Shown here piece after piece: positions 10,105-17,418 of a stretch of DNA of 18,305 nucleotides (position 1 is its first letter; every line of letters starts with the position of its first letter). The stretch is taken from the IMG/VR virus record IMGVR_UViG_2529292906_000017; one strand, 5' to 3'. The notes under the pieces are model-generated. The model did not search any database. It was not told the origin of the DNA and was given only the letters and a program-made list of their open reading frames with translations. Source of the stretch: a virus (Duplodnaviria > Heunggongvirae > Uroviricota > Caudoviricetes). Position numbers and translations under genes: made by a program.

Positions 10105-10275
10105 ATGTCAGAACGTAAAAACTCAAAATCACGCCGTAATTATCTCGTTAAATGTTCCTGCCCAAACTGCACCCAAGAGTCAGAACACAGTTTTTCAAGA
10201 GTACAAAAAGGTGCCCTTTTGATCTGCCCTCATTGCAACAAAGTATTCCAGACAAATCTTAAAGCTGTAGCCTGA
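10105..10275 (+). CDS. Small zinc-ribbon-like protein (56 aa), unassigned
   Basis: ATG at 10105 preceded by AGGAAAAG; MSERKNSKSRRNYLVKCSCPNCTQESEHSFSRVQKGALLICPHCNKVFQTNLKAVA has CxxC...CxxC spacing. The track ORF starts upstream at 10054. Confidence 0.45.
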   Translation: MSERKNSKSRRNYLVKCSCPNCTQESEHSFSRVQKGALLICPHCNKVFQTNLKAVA

Positions 10276-10333
10276 TTGATTTTATTAGTAACAAGTATTT
10301 TTTATATTTTAATAATATATTTAAAGCAGATAA

Positions 10334-10362
10334 TAAAAAACCCGCCTGAGCGGGTTTGAGAT
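10334..10362. terminator. Rho-independent terminator-like hairpin (stronger on the minus strand)
   Basis: AAAAAA-CCCGC-CTGA-GCGGG-TTT; reverse complement gives stem plus T6. Confidence 0.45.
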
Positions 10363-10517
10363 TGTGGTGCTTTTTGTGGGAGTCATCCACTTACGCACTT
10401 TGTTTTGCCATGCCAGCAGTTAGCTTCTGCTGTAAAACTATTCATGCAGCAAACCTGCACTTCACCACAATGGTTAGCATACTTTTCCTGATTAAGATTT
10501 TGGGTAATGACTCCAAC

Positions 10518-10895
10518 TTATTGATAGTGTTTTATGTTCAGATAATGCCCGATGACTTTGTCATGCAGCTCCACCGATTTTGAGAACGACAGCGACTTCC
10601 GTCCCAGCCGTGCCAGGTGCTGCCTCAGATTCAGGTTATGCCGCTCAATTCGCTGCGTATATCGCTTGCTGATTACGTGCAGCTTTCCCTTCAGGCGGGA
10701 TTCATACAGCGGCCAGCCATCCGTCATCCATATCACCACGTCAAAGGGTGACAGCAGGCTCATAAGACGCCCCAGCGTCGCCATAGTGCGTTCACCGAAT
10801 ACGTGCGCAACAACCGTCTTCCGGAGCCTGTCATACGCGTAAAACAGCCAGCGCTGGCGCGATTTAGCCCCGACGTATCCCCACTGTTCGTCCAT
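10518..10895 (-). CDS. insB: IS1 InsB transposase domain (InsAB' C-terminal part)
   Basis: [65 protein letters not shown]... matches IS1 InsB. Confidence 0.8.
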   Translation of the reverse strand: MDEQWGYVGAKSRQRWLFYAYDRLRKTVVAHVFGERTMATLGRLMSLLSPFDVVIWMTDGWPLYESRLKGKLHVISKRYTQRIERHNLNLRQHLARLGRKSLSFSKSVELHDKVIGHYLNIKHYQ

Positions 10896-10914
10896 TTCCG
10901 CGCAGACGATGACG

Positions 10915-11214
10915 TCACTGCCCGGCTGTATGCGCGAGGTTACCGACTGCGGCCTGAGTTTTTAAATGGCGGAAAATCGTGTTGAGGCCAACGCCCATAA
11001 TGCGGGCAGTTGCCCGGCATCCAACGCCATTCATGGCCATATCAATGATTTTCTGGTGCGTACCGGGCTGAGAGGCGGTGTAAGTGAACTGTAGTTGCCA
11101 TGTTTTACGGCAGTGAGAGCAGAGATAGCGCTGATGTCCGGCAGTGCTTTTGCCGTTACGCACCACGCCTTCAGTAGCGGAGCAGGAAGGACATCTGATG
11201 GAAATGGAAGCCAC
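10915..11214 (-). CDS. insA: IS1 InsA with altered C-terminus from a shortened A-run at the frameshift site
   Basis: [43 protein letters not shown]... is InsA (zinc finger plus HTH), but the ORF ends ...[18 protein letters not shown] (99 aa) instead of ...RHLKNSGRSR (91 aa) because TTTAAAAACTC has A5 where IS1 has A6C. Confidence 0.8.
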   Translation of the reverse strand: MASISIRCPSCSATEGVVRNGKSTAGHQRYLCSHCRKTWQLQFTYTASQPGTHQKIIDMAMNGVGCRATARIMGVGLNTIFRHLKTQAAVGNLAHTAGQ

Positions 11215-11413
11215 GCAAGCACCTTAAAATCACCATCATACACTAAATCAGTAAGTTGGCAGCATTACCAGATTTTGCCAAATATGCTAGCCATTGTTTC
11301 ATGTATTGGACCTCCTTACTTTTTATTAAAGAGATCCAATATTCACTACTCTGTCCGTATCTCTACTCAGGCATCAGCCTTCTTCGTTATCGTATACAGA
11401 CGAGCGATGAATT

Positions 11414-11629
11414 TTAATCAGTAATGATGACATTTGCTGCTGCAGGACCTTTAGCACCACTCTCTATAGAGAAGGTAACCTTTTGACCTTCAAATAAGGT
11501 TCGATAATTATCATTCTGAATCGCAGAAAAATGCACAAACACATCTTTACTACCATCAACAGGAGAAATAAAGCCGAAACCTTTATCAGCGTTAAACCAT
11601 TTTACTAAACCAGTCATTTTATTTGACAT
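11414..11629 (-). CDS. cspB: CspA-family cold shock protein
   Basis: 71-aa [41 protein letters not shown]..., paralogous to the ORF at 7757..7969. Confidence 0.9.
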   Translation of the reverse strand: MSNKMTGLVKWFNADKGFGFISPVDGSKDVFVHFSAIQNDNYRTLFEGQKVTFSIESGAKGPAAANVIITD

Positions 11630-11929
11630 TCTACATTCCTTAACTTGAGCCTTTCGGCATAAATGGTTTGCATAACAGAAACGACTTCGTACTTAATTGG
11701 AGAGACTCAAAGAAGGAATAAGTGAATAACACCTGAAATGAGAACTGCTTTAGTAAACTACTTCGTATATCGTCTGTTCTTCAAACCGACGCAATCATTA
11801 ACGCATAGTTGAACATATGAAGCAATGTTTATTTTAGACATCCAGCCATCTTCAACCCCATCAAAAAACTATAGCTTTCTTCAGGAACGTGTGTATAGTG
11901 CGCCAAGTTATCAGTATTAAGGAATTTTT

Positions 11930-12142
11930 TTGTCCCGTAAAATGACAGGAATTATCAAAACCTTTGACGGCAAAAGCGGCAAGGGTCTTATCACCCCATC
12001 CGATGGTCGTATCGATGTCCAGCTTCATGTTTCAGCGCTCAATCTCCGCGATGCAGAAGAAATTACCACCGGATTACGCGTGGAATTTTGCCGGATAAAT
12101 GGTCTGCGTGGCCCTTCAGCTGCCAATGTTTACCTTTCATGA
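11930..12142 (+). CDS. cspF: CspA-family cold shock protein paralog, apparent TTG start
   Basis: 70-aa ORF (M)[43 protein letters not shown]...; first codon at 11930 is TTG, with AAGGA upstream. Confidence 0.8.
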   Translation: MSRKMTGIIKTFDGKSGKGLITPSDGRIDVQLHVSALNLRDAEEITTGLRVEFCRINGLRGPSAANVYLS

Positions 12143-12196
12143 GCTATATTAAAGCTTTAATTTCAGGCCCCATCGGATCACACATGGAGAGTTTTT

Positions 12197-12286
12197 ATGA
12201 ATAACCCCGTCTGTCTTGATGACTGGTTGATTGGCTTTAAAAGCTTATGCTGTACTTTGGCCGTAATAGCTCTGCTAATAATATAA
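12197..12286 (+). CDS. Candidate small membrane peptide (29 aa), unassigned
   Basis: ATG at 12197 preceded by GGAGAG; [29 protein letters not shown] has a hydrophobic C-terminus. Very short; could be chance. Confidence 0.2.
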
Positions 12287-12440
12287 TAAGCAGACTCATT
12301 GTGTTTAGGGACATTGTACTGGAAGAAAACATTTTAAACATCAGGCAAATAACCAAGTCACCAGCTAAATAATAAGTTAACAGACATGAGTCCCGGGATG
12401 AGATTCAACATTACCATTGCCCCATTTAAAGCACAAAACC

Positions 12441-12464
12441 CGCTCATCAGCGGGTTTTCTACTT
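12441..12464 (-). terminator. Terminator hairpin about 100 nt downstream of the Q gene (tR'-like)
   Basis: AAACCCGCT-CATC-AGCGGGTTTT with T-rich tails on both strands. Confidence 0.5.
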
Positions 12465-12502
12465 TTTCTTAACGTCGGGTATACAAAGCCCATCGTTGAA
12501 AA

Positions 12503-12531
12503 ATTTTATCCATATTTTTTGAAAAATGCAA
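12503..12531 (-). promoter_or_regulatory. Putative Q-dependent late promoter (pR'-like)
   Basis: On the minus strand TTGCAT (12526..12531), a 17-nt spacer, then TAAAAT (12503..12508), immediately downstream of the Q stop and upstream of the terminator hairpin. Arrangement resembles lambdoid pR'-tR'. Confidence 0.35.
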
Positions 12532-12562
12532 ACATCATGTCGCCATCTTCAGCAAAAATCAT

Positions 12563-13315
12563 TTATCTCGTCACCTTCCTCAATTGCGCTTCCGCGTATG
12601 CTTCTTCCTGCCAGCACTTTGTTACCAGTTTACCAATGACGTCCGCATACCCCTTATACCACTGATAATCGGTCAGGTCTGGTACCAGCTTCTGGACATG
12701 ACGTCGTGCCAGCGTGGTCGGTAAACGACTAAACCGGTTTCCATTACAACGCCCACAAATCTTATATACCGGTACGCCATGAAACCGGGTTCTTTTTTCA
12801 TCCAGAACAATCCCTTTACCCTTACACCCTCTGCACGCTGTGCTGGCTTCGCCCTTACCATGGCAATGCTGACATAGTTCCTTCACCCATTCTTCCTTGA
12901 TTACAGATTCCCCGCGTCTGTAGTGTTTCACCACTTCGCGCAATACATTATAAAATCCCGTACCTGAACAATGCTCACAGCGAGCCTTACTTGCCGCAGA
13001 CCTGGAGTAATCAGCAAAGGCAAAACTCACGAGGTAAGGAATAATCTGTAACCGGATTTCTTCACTCAATTTGTTCAATGTCGGGTTATCCAGTGCCATC
13101 GCGTAATTTAGCAGGCCTTCAATCGCAAACTGAGGGTCCTGAACACCAACTTTTGCCAGAAATAAGGCCAACCCAAGTGGTGCTTTCGACTGCACCATCC
13201 CCTGCGCTGCCATTACATCCGTAATTGTTAAACAACCGGTGCCTGTCGCTGGAGCGTCATCGCTCAATTTTGGAGATTTTGGGGAGTAATATTTTGGTAA
13301 GGCTTCAAGGTTCAT
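12563..13315 (-). CDS. quuQ: Late-gene antiterminator Q (phage 82-type)
   Basis: 250 aa from MNLEALPKYY...; Cys-rich zinc-binding region CEHCSGTGF...CQHCHGKGE...CRGCKGKG...CGRCNGN. The track ORF 12563..13345 adds 10 upstream codons. Confidence 0.85.
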   Translation of the reverse strand: MNLEALPKYYSPKSPKLSDDAPATGTGCLTITDVMAAQGMVQSKAPLGLALFLAKVGVQDPQFAIEGLLNYAMALDNPTLNKLSEEIRLQIIPYLVSFAFADYSRSAASKARCEHCSGTGFYNVLREVVKHYRRGESVIKEEWVKELCQHCHGKGEASTACRGCKGKGIVLDEKRTRFHGVPVYKICGRCNGNRFSRLPTTLARRHVQKLVPDLTDYQWYKGYADVIGKLVTKCWQEEAYAEAQLRKVTR

Positions 13316-13328
13316 GCTCGTTCTCCAC

Positions 13329-14417
13329 TTACGCCAGTACGCCAATTGCCAGCGCGCGATCGATAAAACGAAATATCAGCTCCAGTTGGGAGCCATACTT
13401 ATCTTCAAATGCCACTGTATCCGTATGCAGCTCGTTGTGATGCTTTCTGCACAAAGGCAACACAAAGAGATCATGTGCTTTTGTTCCCATTCCGCCCTGC
13501 CCGTGACCAATCAGATGATGCGGATCGTCGGCTGGCATACCGCAGCAAGCACACGGCTGTGTCTTAACCCAACGTGTGTATTTCTCCTTAACCCAGCGGC
13601 GACGTTTAGGCAGCTTCATGAAAGATTCCGGAGACTCTGGATCAACGGTGATGCTTACCACCGTCTTTTCCTGTGGTGATTTTTGTTGCTGGTGGGCGTA
13701 AGGCAACGGTGCAAGATTTTTTGTGCGTTGTTTCAATATGCTGGTGGCGGTCTGCTCTCCCGGTACGATGTCGCTTTCGCGGTACACCGAGCAGATTTTT
13801 TCCGCTGGTAATCCCAGCGAACGACGCGATACAGCCTCAGGTAGTGCATCCACCACCTGATTGCAGACCGCCCACCAGGATAATTCAGCCAAAGATAATT
13901 CCCGCTCCTGCGTACCGCTTATTGCGTGACGGATGACGTCAATCACCCATGCTGTCAGATTTTGTTGAGCAAGCAGCTCCAGTGATTCCGATGTCTGGTC
14001 ACGCAGTTGGTTGTCGCAGTGCCAGCACAACACCATTGCGCCGGTACCATAACGGTGAATGACTGTTTCAGTGTGATGGTAATCGCCATTAGGCCACTGG
14101 CAGGATGTAACATGACGTAATAGCCAGTCGGACAATGCGCCAACGCCGCCAGCAGCACGAATCACCCGTTCGTTACTAAAAAACGGCAGCAATGTTTTGT
14201 CTTCCGCCAGCGGCTGGCGAACGGCAGGAACGACTCCGGATGGCAGATTACGCATGCTTTTTGGTTCCGGTTCCACCAGCACTCGAGGATTATGAAATAT
14301 CTGTATGGATTCACGGCCCGGCTTAAGGACCACCAGCCCAAGCTCAGGCACCAGAACAGGTCTAAGTAATACCCGCACGTTACCTCCAGATCCGTTGCTG
14401 GAAAGTGCGGGACGCAC
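13329..14417 (-). CDS. ydfU: DUF968-family prophage protein with Cys/His cluster
   Basis: 362-aa track ORF; C-terminal region TQPCACCGMPADDPHHLIGHGQGGMGTKAHDLFVLPLCRKHHNELH suggests a metal-binding (HNH-like) motif. True start uncertain (Met1 or Met55). Confidence 0.7.
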   Translation of the reverse strand: MRPALSSNGSGGNVRVLLRPVLVPELGLVVLKPGRESIQIFHNPRVLVEPEPKSMRNLPSGVVPAVRQPLAEDKTLLPFFSNERVIRAAGGVGALSDWLLRHVTSCQWPNGDYHHTETVIHRYGTGAMVLCWHCDNQLRDQTSESLELLAQQNLTAWVIDVIRHAISGTQERELSLAELSWWAVCNQVVDALPEAVSRRSLGLPAEKICSVYRESDIVPGEQTATSILKQRTKNLAPLPYAHQQQKSPQEKTVVSITVDPESPESFMKLPKRRRWVKEKYTRWVKTQPCACCGMPADDPHHLIGHGQGGMGTKAHDLFVLPLCRKHHNELHTDTVAFEDKYGSQLELIFRFIDRALAIGVLA

Positions 14418-14658
14418 GTGGTGGGCGTTCGGAATAAGGCAGCCTGACAGAGATTATCCAGTGCCGATAGTCGAGACTGAGAGCTTTCTTAACCTCGAAC
14501 CCGCGCCTGCGGTAAGAATGAATCAGCCATTCGGCCTGTTCTGCAGTGCATGGAGGGTGCTGGAACCATTCAGACTTGAATGCGTGAGAATACCGCCCGT
14601 GCGTGCAGGCAAGAACGGGCGAATTATCAGAATTGTAATATTTTGCGTTGCGTGCCAT
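14380..14658 (-). CDS. Hypothetical 92-aa protein overlapping the ydfU start, unassigned
   Basis: ATG preceded by GGAGAAAAC; MARNAKYYNSDNSPVLACTHGRYSHAFKSEWFQHPPCTAEQAEW... contains a C-x-H...H...C arrangement. Overlaps ydfU by 38 nt in a different frame. Confidence 0.4.
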   Translation of the reverse strand: MARNAKYYNSDNSPVLACTHGRYSHAFKSEWFQHPPCTAEQAEWLIHSYRRRGFEVKKALSLDYRHWIISVRLPYSERPPRASRTFQQRIWR

Positions 14659-14724
14659 CGGTTTTCTCCGGTGGCACGGTGTTACTCAGCGGGAGTTCAG
14701 CCCCGCGCAAGATTGTAGATGAGT

Positions 14725-14976
14725 TTATTCTCCTGAAAAAGCAGAAAAGCCAGCTTTTATTCCGATCTCTTTCAATGCCTGTAATGAAGTGACAAACTCA
14801 CCTTCGCGCAAGATAAATCCGTCCGTGACCCGAGCATCCACAAAATTAATTAACGCAGCCCCATTCTTTCGCAAACACATAATGCGGTAATGACTAACAA
14901 GATTTCCATTTTCAACGCACACAGCATAGAGGCCATCTTCACAAAAAATTTTACGCAGTTCTTCGATGTTCATCAT
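14725..14976 (-). CDS. rem: Rem-like 83-aa prophage protein
   Basis: 83-aa ORF MMNIEELRKIFCEDGLYAVCVENGNLVSHYRIMCLRKNGAALINFVDAR... between ydfU and hokD; symbol assigned from position and length only. Confidence 0.45.
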   Translation of the reverse strand: MMNIEELRKIFCEDGLYAVCVENGNLVSHYRIMCLRKNGAALINFVDARVTDGFILREGEFVTSLQALKEIGIKAGFSAFSGE

Positions 14977-15087
14977 CAGAATCCTTCCGGATAATTAGCT
15001 CTCCCCTTTAAGGGACCATCCCTCTTATCCCTGCGCGCTACTTAAGTATTTTTGATTCTATTCCGGCACCGTCCAGAACTTCAAACG

Positions 15088-15121
15088 CGTTGAAAATAAA
15101 AACAAAAACCCGCCGAAGCGG
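15088..15121 (-). terminator. Rho-independent terminator downstream of hokD
   Basis: Minus strand reads AACCCGC-TTCG-GCGGG followed by TTTTTGTTTTTATTTT; lies 70 nt past the hokD stop. Confidence 0.55.
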
Positions 15122-15192
15122 GTTAAGTGCGGGTGCGTTGAGGATGCCTGCCACATCAGAGGTGGCGAGGGATTTCTCCCCCGCCGGGTCTC

Positions 15193-15348
15193 TTACTCCT
15201 CAGGTTCGTAAGCTGTGAAGACAGCGACCTCCGTCTGGCCGGTTCGGATTCGTACCTCGCAGAGGTCTTTCCTCGTTACCAGTGCCGTCACTATGACGGT
15301 TAAACAGATGACGATCAGGGCGATTAACATCGCCTTTTGCTGCTTCAT
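15193..15348 (-). CDS. hokD: Hok-family type I toxin
   Basis: Reverse-complement translation MKQQKAMLIALIVICLTVIVTALVTRKDLCEVRIRTGQTEVAVFTAYEPEE (51 aa), GGAG upstream; not in the ORF track (under 60 aa). Confidence 0.85.
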   Translation of the reverse strand: MKQQKAMLIALIVICLTVIVTALVTRKDLCEVRIRTGQTEVAVFTAYEPEE

Positions 15349-15419
15349 AGCCTGCTTCTCCTGTCAACGCAAAGCAGAAGTGTCACCTTCGGTGCGAAAC
15401 AGAGATGTCATGCTTTGGT

Positions 15420-15707
15420 TCAGAGAATGCGTTTGACCGCCTCGCTATATACTTCCGAGCGTTCTCTTTTCCCAACAGAAATCACGAAAACGACAACTTT
15501 CTCGTCTATAACCTGGTATACAAGGCGATAGCCTGAAGACCGGAGCTTAATCTTGTAACAATCAGGCATACCACGGAGCTTGTTTGCTTCAATCCGGGGT
15601 GACTCAAGTACTTCAACCAGCTTCTTTTTCAACTGTTCACGTACCGTCGAGCCCAGCTTTCGCCATTCCTTTAGTGCCCGCTCGTCAAAATCCAGAAAAT
15701 ACGCCAT
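15420..15707 (-). CDS. relE: RelE mRNA interferase toxin (type II TA)
   Basis: 95-aa ORF MAYFLDFDERALKEWRKLGSTVREQLKKKLVEVLESPRIEANKLRGMPDCYKIKLRSSGYRLVYQVIDEKVVVFVISVGKRE. Confidence 0.9.
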   Translation of the reverse strand: MAYFLDFDERALKEWRKLGSTVREQLKKKLVEVLESPRIEANKLRGMPDCYKIKLRSSGYRLVYQVIDEKVVVFVISVGKRERSEVYSEAVKRIL

Positions 15708-15946
15708 CAGAGTTCATCCAGCGTCACACGTACTGGCTTAGGATTACGAAGCCGTTCTTTCACTATCTCCACAAGTTCAGCATCTTCATCACTCAGGAGT
15801 GTCTGTTTGAACGGCAAGCGTTCATTGTCAGCGATATACTCGAGCATGAGACGAAGCGCTTCAGAAGGAGTTACACCCATTTTTTCAAGCGCGGCGTAAG
15901 AACGCGCTTTAAGTTCATCGTCAATACGCAGGTTAATGCTACCCAT
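15707..15946 (-). CDS. relB: RelB antitoxin (ribbon-helix-helix)
   Basis: 79-aa ORF MGSINLRIDDELKARSYAALEKMGVTPSEALRLMLEYIADNERLPF...; 1-bp overlap with the relE start. Confidence 0.9.
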   Translation of the reverse strand: MGSINLRIDDELKARSYAALEKMGVTPSEALRLMLEYIADNERLPFKQTLLSDEDAELVEIVKERLRNPKPVRVTLDEL

Positions 15947-15957
15947 GTCTTACACCT

Positions 15958-15983
15958 CTTGTAATTACAAATGTCATTACAAG
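15958..15983 (-). promoter_or_regulatory. relBE operator (relO-like inverted repeat) at the relB promoter
   Basis: CTTGTAATTACAAATGTCATTACAAG contains inverted TTGTAAT/ATTACAA repeats immediately upstream of the relB SD (AGAGGTG). Confidence 0.6.
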
Positions 15984-16149
15984 TATCGCACTACAACATG
16001 CTTAGGGCAAGTCACGAAGGAAGTCAGAAAGTAGTCGTAAGAACGGTGATCACTGTCCGCTTTGTGCCAGGAGCAGCCATTGCTAAGTCCATCCTGTATT
16101 GTGCAGGTCAGCTCGTTTTTAAAGAGTCCGGCCATCATCTTACTGGTAC

Positions 16150-17037
16150 AGACACCATATACTTTGTGACGGTCTGAATCGCCACGGATAATCTAGACAC
16201 TTCCGAGCCGTTGATAATACTGGTTTTCATATTCTGTCGGTGACATCTGATCGCTGGAACCATGCCGACGCTTACTGTTATAAAACATTTCGATGTAATC
16301 AAAAATATCGCTGCGGGCTTCTTCCCGCGTTCCGTAGATCTTTTTCTTTATCCGTTCACGTTTCAACAACTGGAAAAAACTTTCTGCAACCGCATTATCA
16401 TGGCAGTTACCGCGACGGCTCATGCTACCCTCCAGGCCGTGTGATTTCAGGAACGACTGCCACTCATGGCTTGTGTACTGACTGCCCTGATCCGAATGAA
16501 CCAGCACCTTTTTTTCGGGATTACGCCGCCATACAGCCATCAGCAGTGCGTTCAGGACAATGTCCTTTGTCATCCGGGATTGCATGGACCAGCCGATAAT
16601 TTTGCGTGAGAACAGATCAACAACAACGGCAAGATACAGCCAGCCTTCGTGGGTCCTGATGTAGGTTATGTCCGTTACCCAACGCTCATCAGGAGCATCC
16701 GGATTGAACTGTCGCTGGAGCCTGTTGGGTGACACGATACTGGCCTCGCCTTTACGTGCCCGCGGGCTTCGGTATCCGACCTGAGCCTTTATTCCGACAC
16801 GTTTCATCAGTCTCCAGACTCTGTTTACTCCGCACTGTTGCCCGCTGTCACGCAGATCCAGATGGATTTTGCGATAACCATAGACGCATCCCGATTCCAG
16901 CCAGAACTGTTTAATCTGTCCTGTCAGTCTCAGGTCTGCCTGATGGCGTTGTGAATGCGGCTGCTGAAGCCAGGCGTAAAAACCACTGGGATGAACATCC
17001 AGCACCCGACAGAGCAGGCGAACAGGCCAGCAACAGG
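16150..17037 (-). mobile_element. IS600-like IS3-family element, truncated where the next IS begins; outer boundary approximate
   Basis: Contains a complete orfB; its reading frame continues open upstream to 17037, where the TGAACCGCCCCGG terminus of the next IS begins, so orfA and the other end lie outside the window. Confidence 0.7.
16193..17005 (-). CDS. IS3-family transposase OrfB (IS600-like), DDE integrase domain
   Basis: 270-aa ORF (GTG start) with ...WVTDITYIRTHEGWLYLAVVVDLFSRKIIGW...HSDQGSQYTS...CHDNAVAESFF, the DDE motif region of IS3-family transposases. Confidence 0.85.
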   Translation of the reverse strand: MLDVHPSGFYAWLQQPHSQRHQADLRLTGQIKQFWLESGCVYGYRKIHLDLRDSGQQCGVNRVWRLMKRVGIKAQVGYRSPRARKGEASIVSPNRLQRQFNPDAPDERWVTDITYIRTHEGWLYLAVVVDLFSRKIIGWSMQSRMTKDIVLNALLMAVWRRNPEKKVLVHSDQGSQYTSHEWQSFLKSHGLEGSMSRRGNCHDNAVAESFFQLLKRERIKKKIYGTREEARSDIFDYIEMFYNSKRRHGSSDQMSPTEYENQYYQRLGSV

Positions 17038-17091
17038 TGAACCGCCCCGGAAATCCTGGAGACTAAACTCCCTGAGAAAGAGGTAAACAGG

Positions 17092-17418
17092 ATGACTAAA
17101 AATACTCGTTTTTCCCCCGAAGTCCGTCAGCGGGCGATTCGTATGGTTCTGGAAAGTCAGGATGAATATGACTCACAGTGGGCGGCAATTTGTTCCATTG
17201 CCCCAAAGATTGGCTGTACGCCGGAGACTCTGCGTGTCTGGGTTCGCCAGCATGAGCGGGATACCGGGGGCGGTGATGGTGGGCTCACCACCGCTGAACG
17301 TCAGCGTCTGAAAGAGCTGGAACGTGAAAATCGTGAACTGCGCCGCAGTAACGATATCCTTCGCCAGGCTTCCGCTTATTTTGCGAAGGCGGAGTTCGAC
17401 CGCCTCTGGAAAAAATGA
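17092..17418 (+). CDS. IS3-family transposase OrfA (HTH plus leucine zipper)
   Basis: 108-aa [60 protein letters not shown]...[27 protein letters not shown]. Confidence 0.85.
   Translation: MTKNTRFSPEVRQRAIRMVLESQDEYDSQWAAICSIAPKIGCTPETLRVWVRQHERDTGGGDGGLTTAERQRLKELERENRELRRSNDILRQASAYFAKAEFDRLWKK

Larger units (their letters stand above)
10503..11269 (-). mobile_element. IS1 insertion sequence (767 bp, one base short of canonical 768) with flanking 8-bp direct repeat
   Basis: Ends GGTAATGACTCCAACTTATTGATAGTG (10503..) and ...CAGTAAGTTGGCAGCATTACC (..11269) match the IS1 terminal inverted repeats. AGATTTTG occurs at 10495..10502 and again at 11270..11277 (target-site duplication). Confidence 0.9.

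Noticed and set aside
10356-10583. 75-aa plus-strand ORF
   Set aside because: Runs from flanking DNA across the IS1 terminus, so it is a chimeric frame created by the insertion.
13225-14158. Several plus- and minus-strand ORFs (67-121 aa)
   Set aside because: Overlap quuQ/ydfU in other frames without RBS or recognisable motifs.
16240-16914. Plus-strand ORFs of 60-119 aa
   Set aside because: Antisense to the IS600-like transposase orfB.
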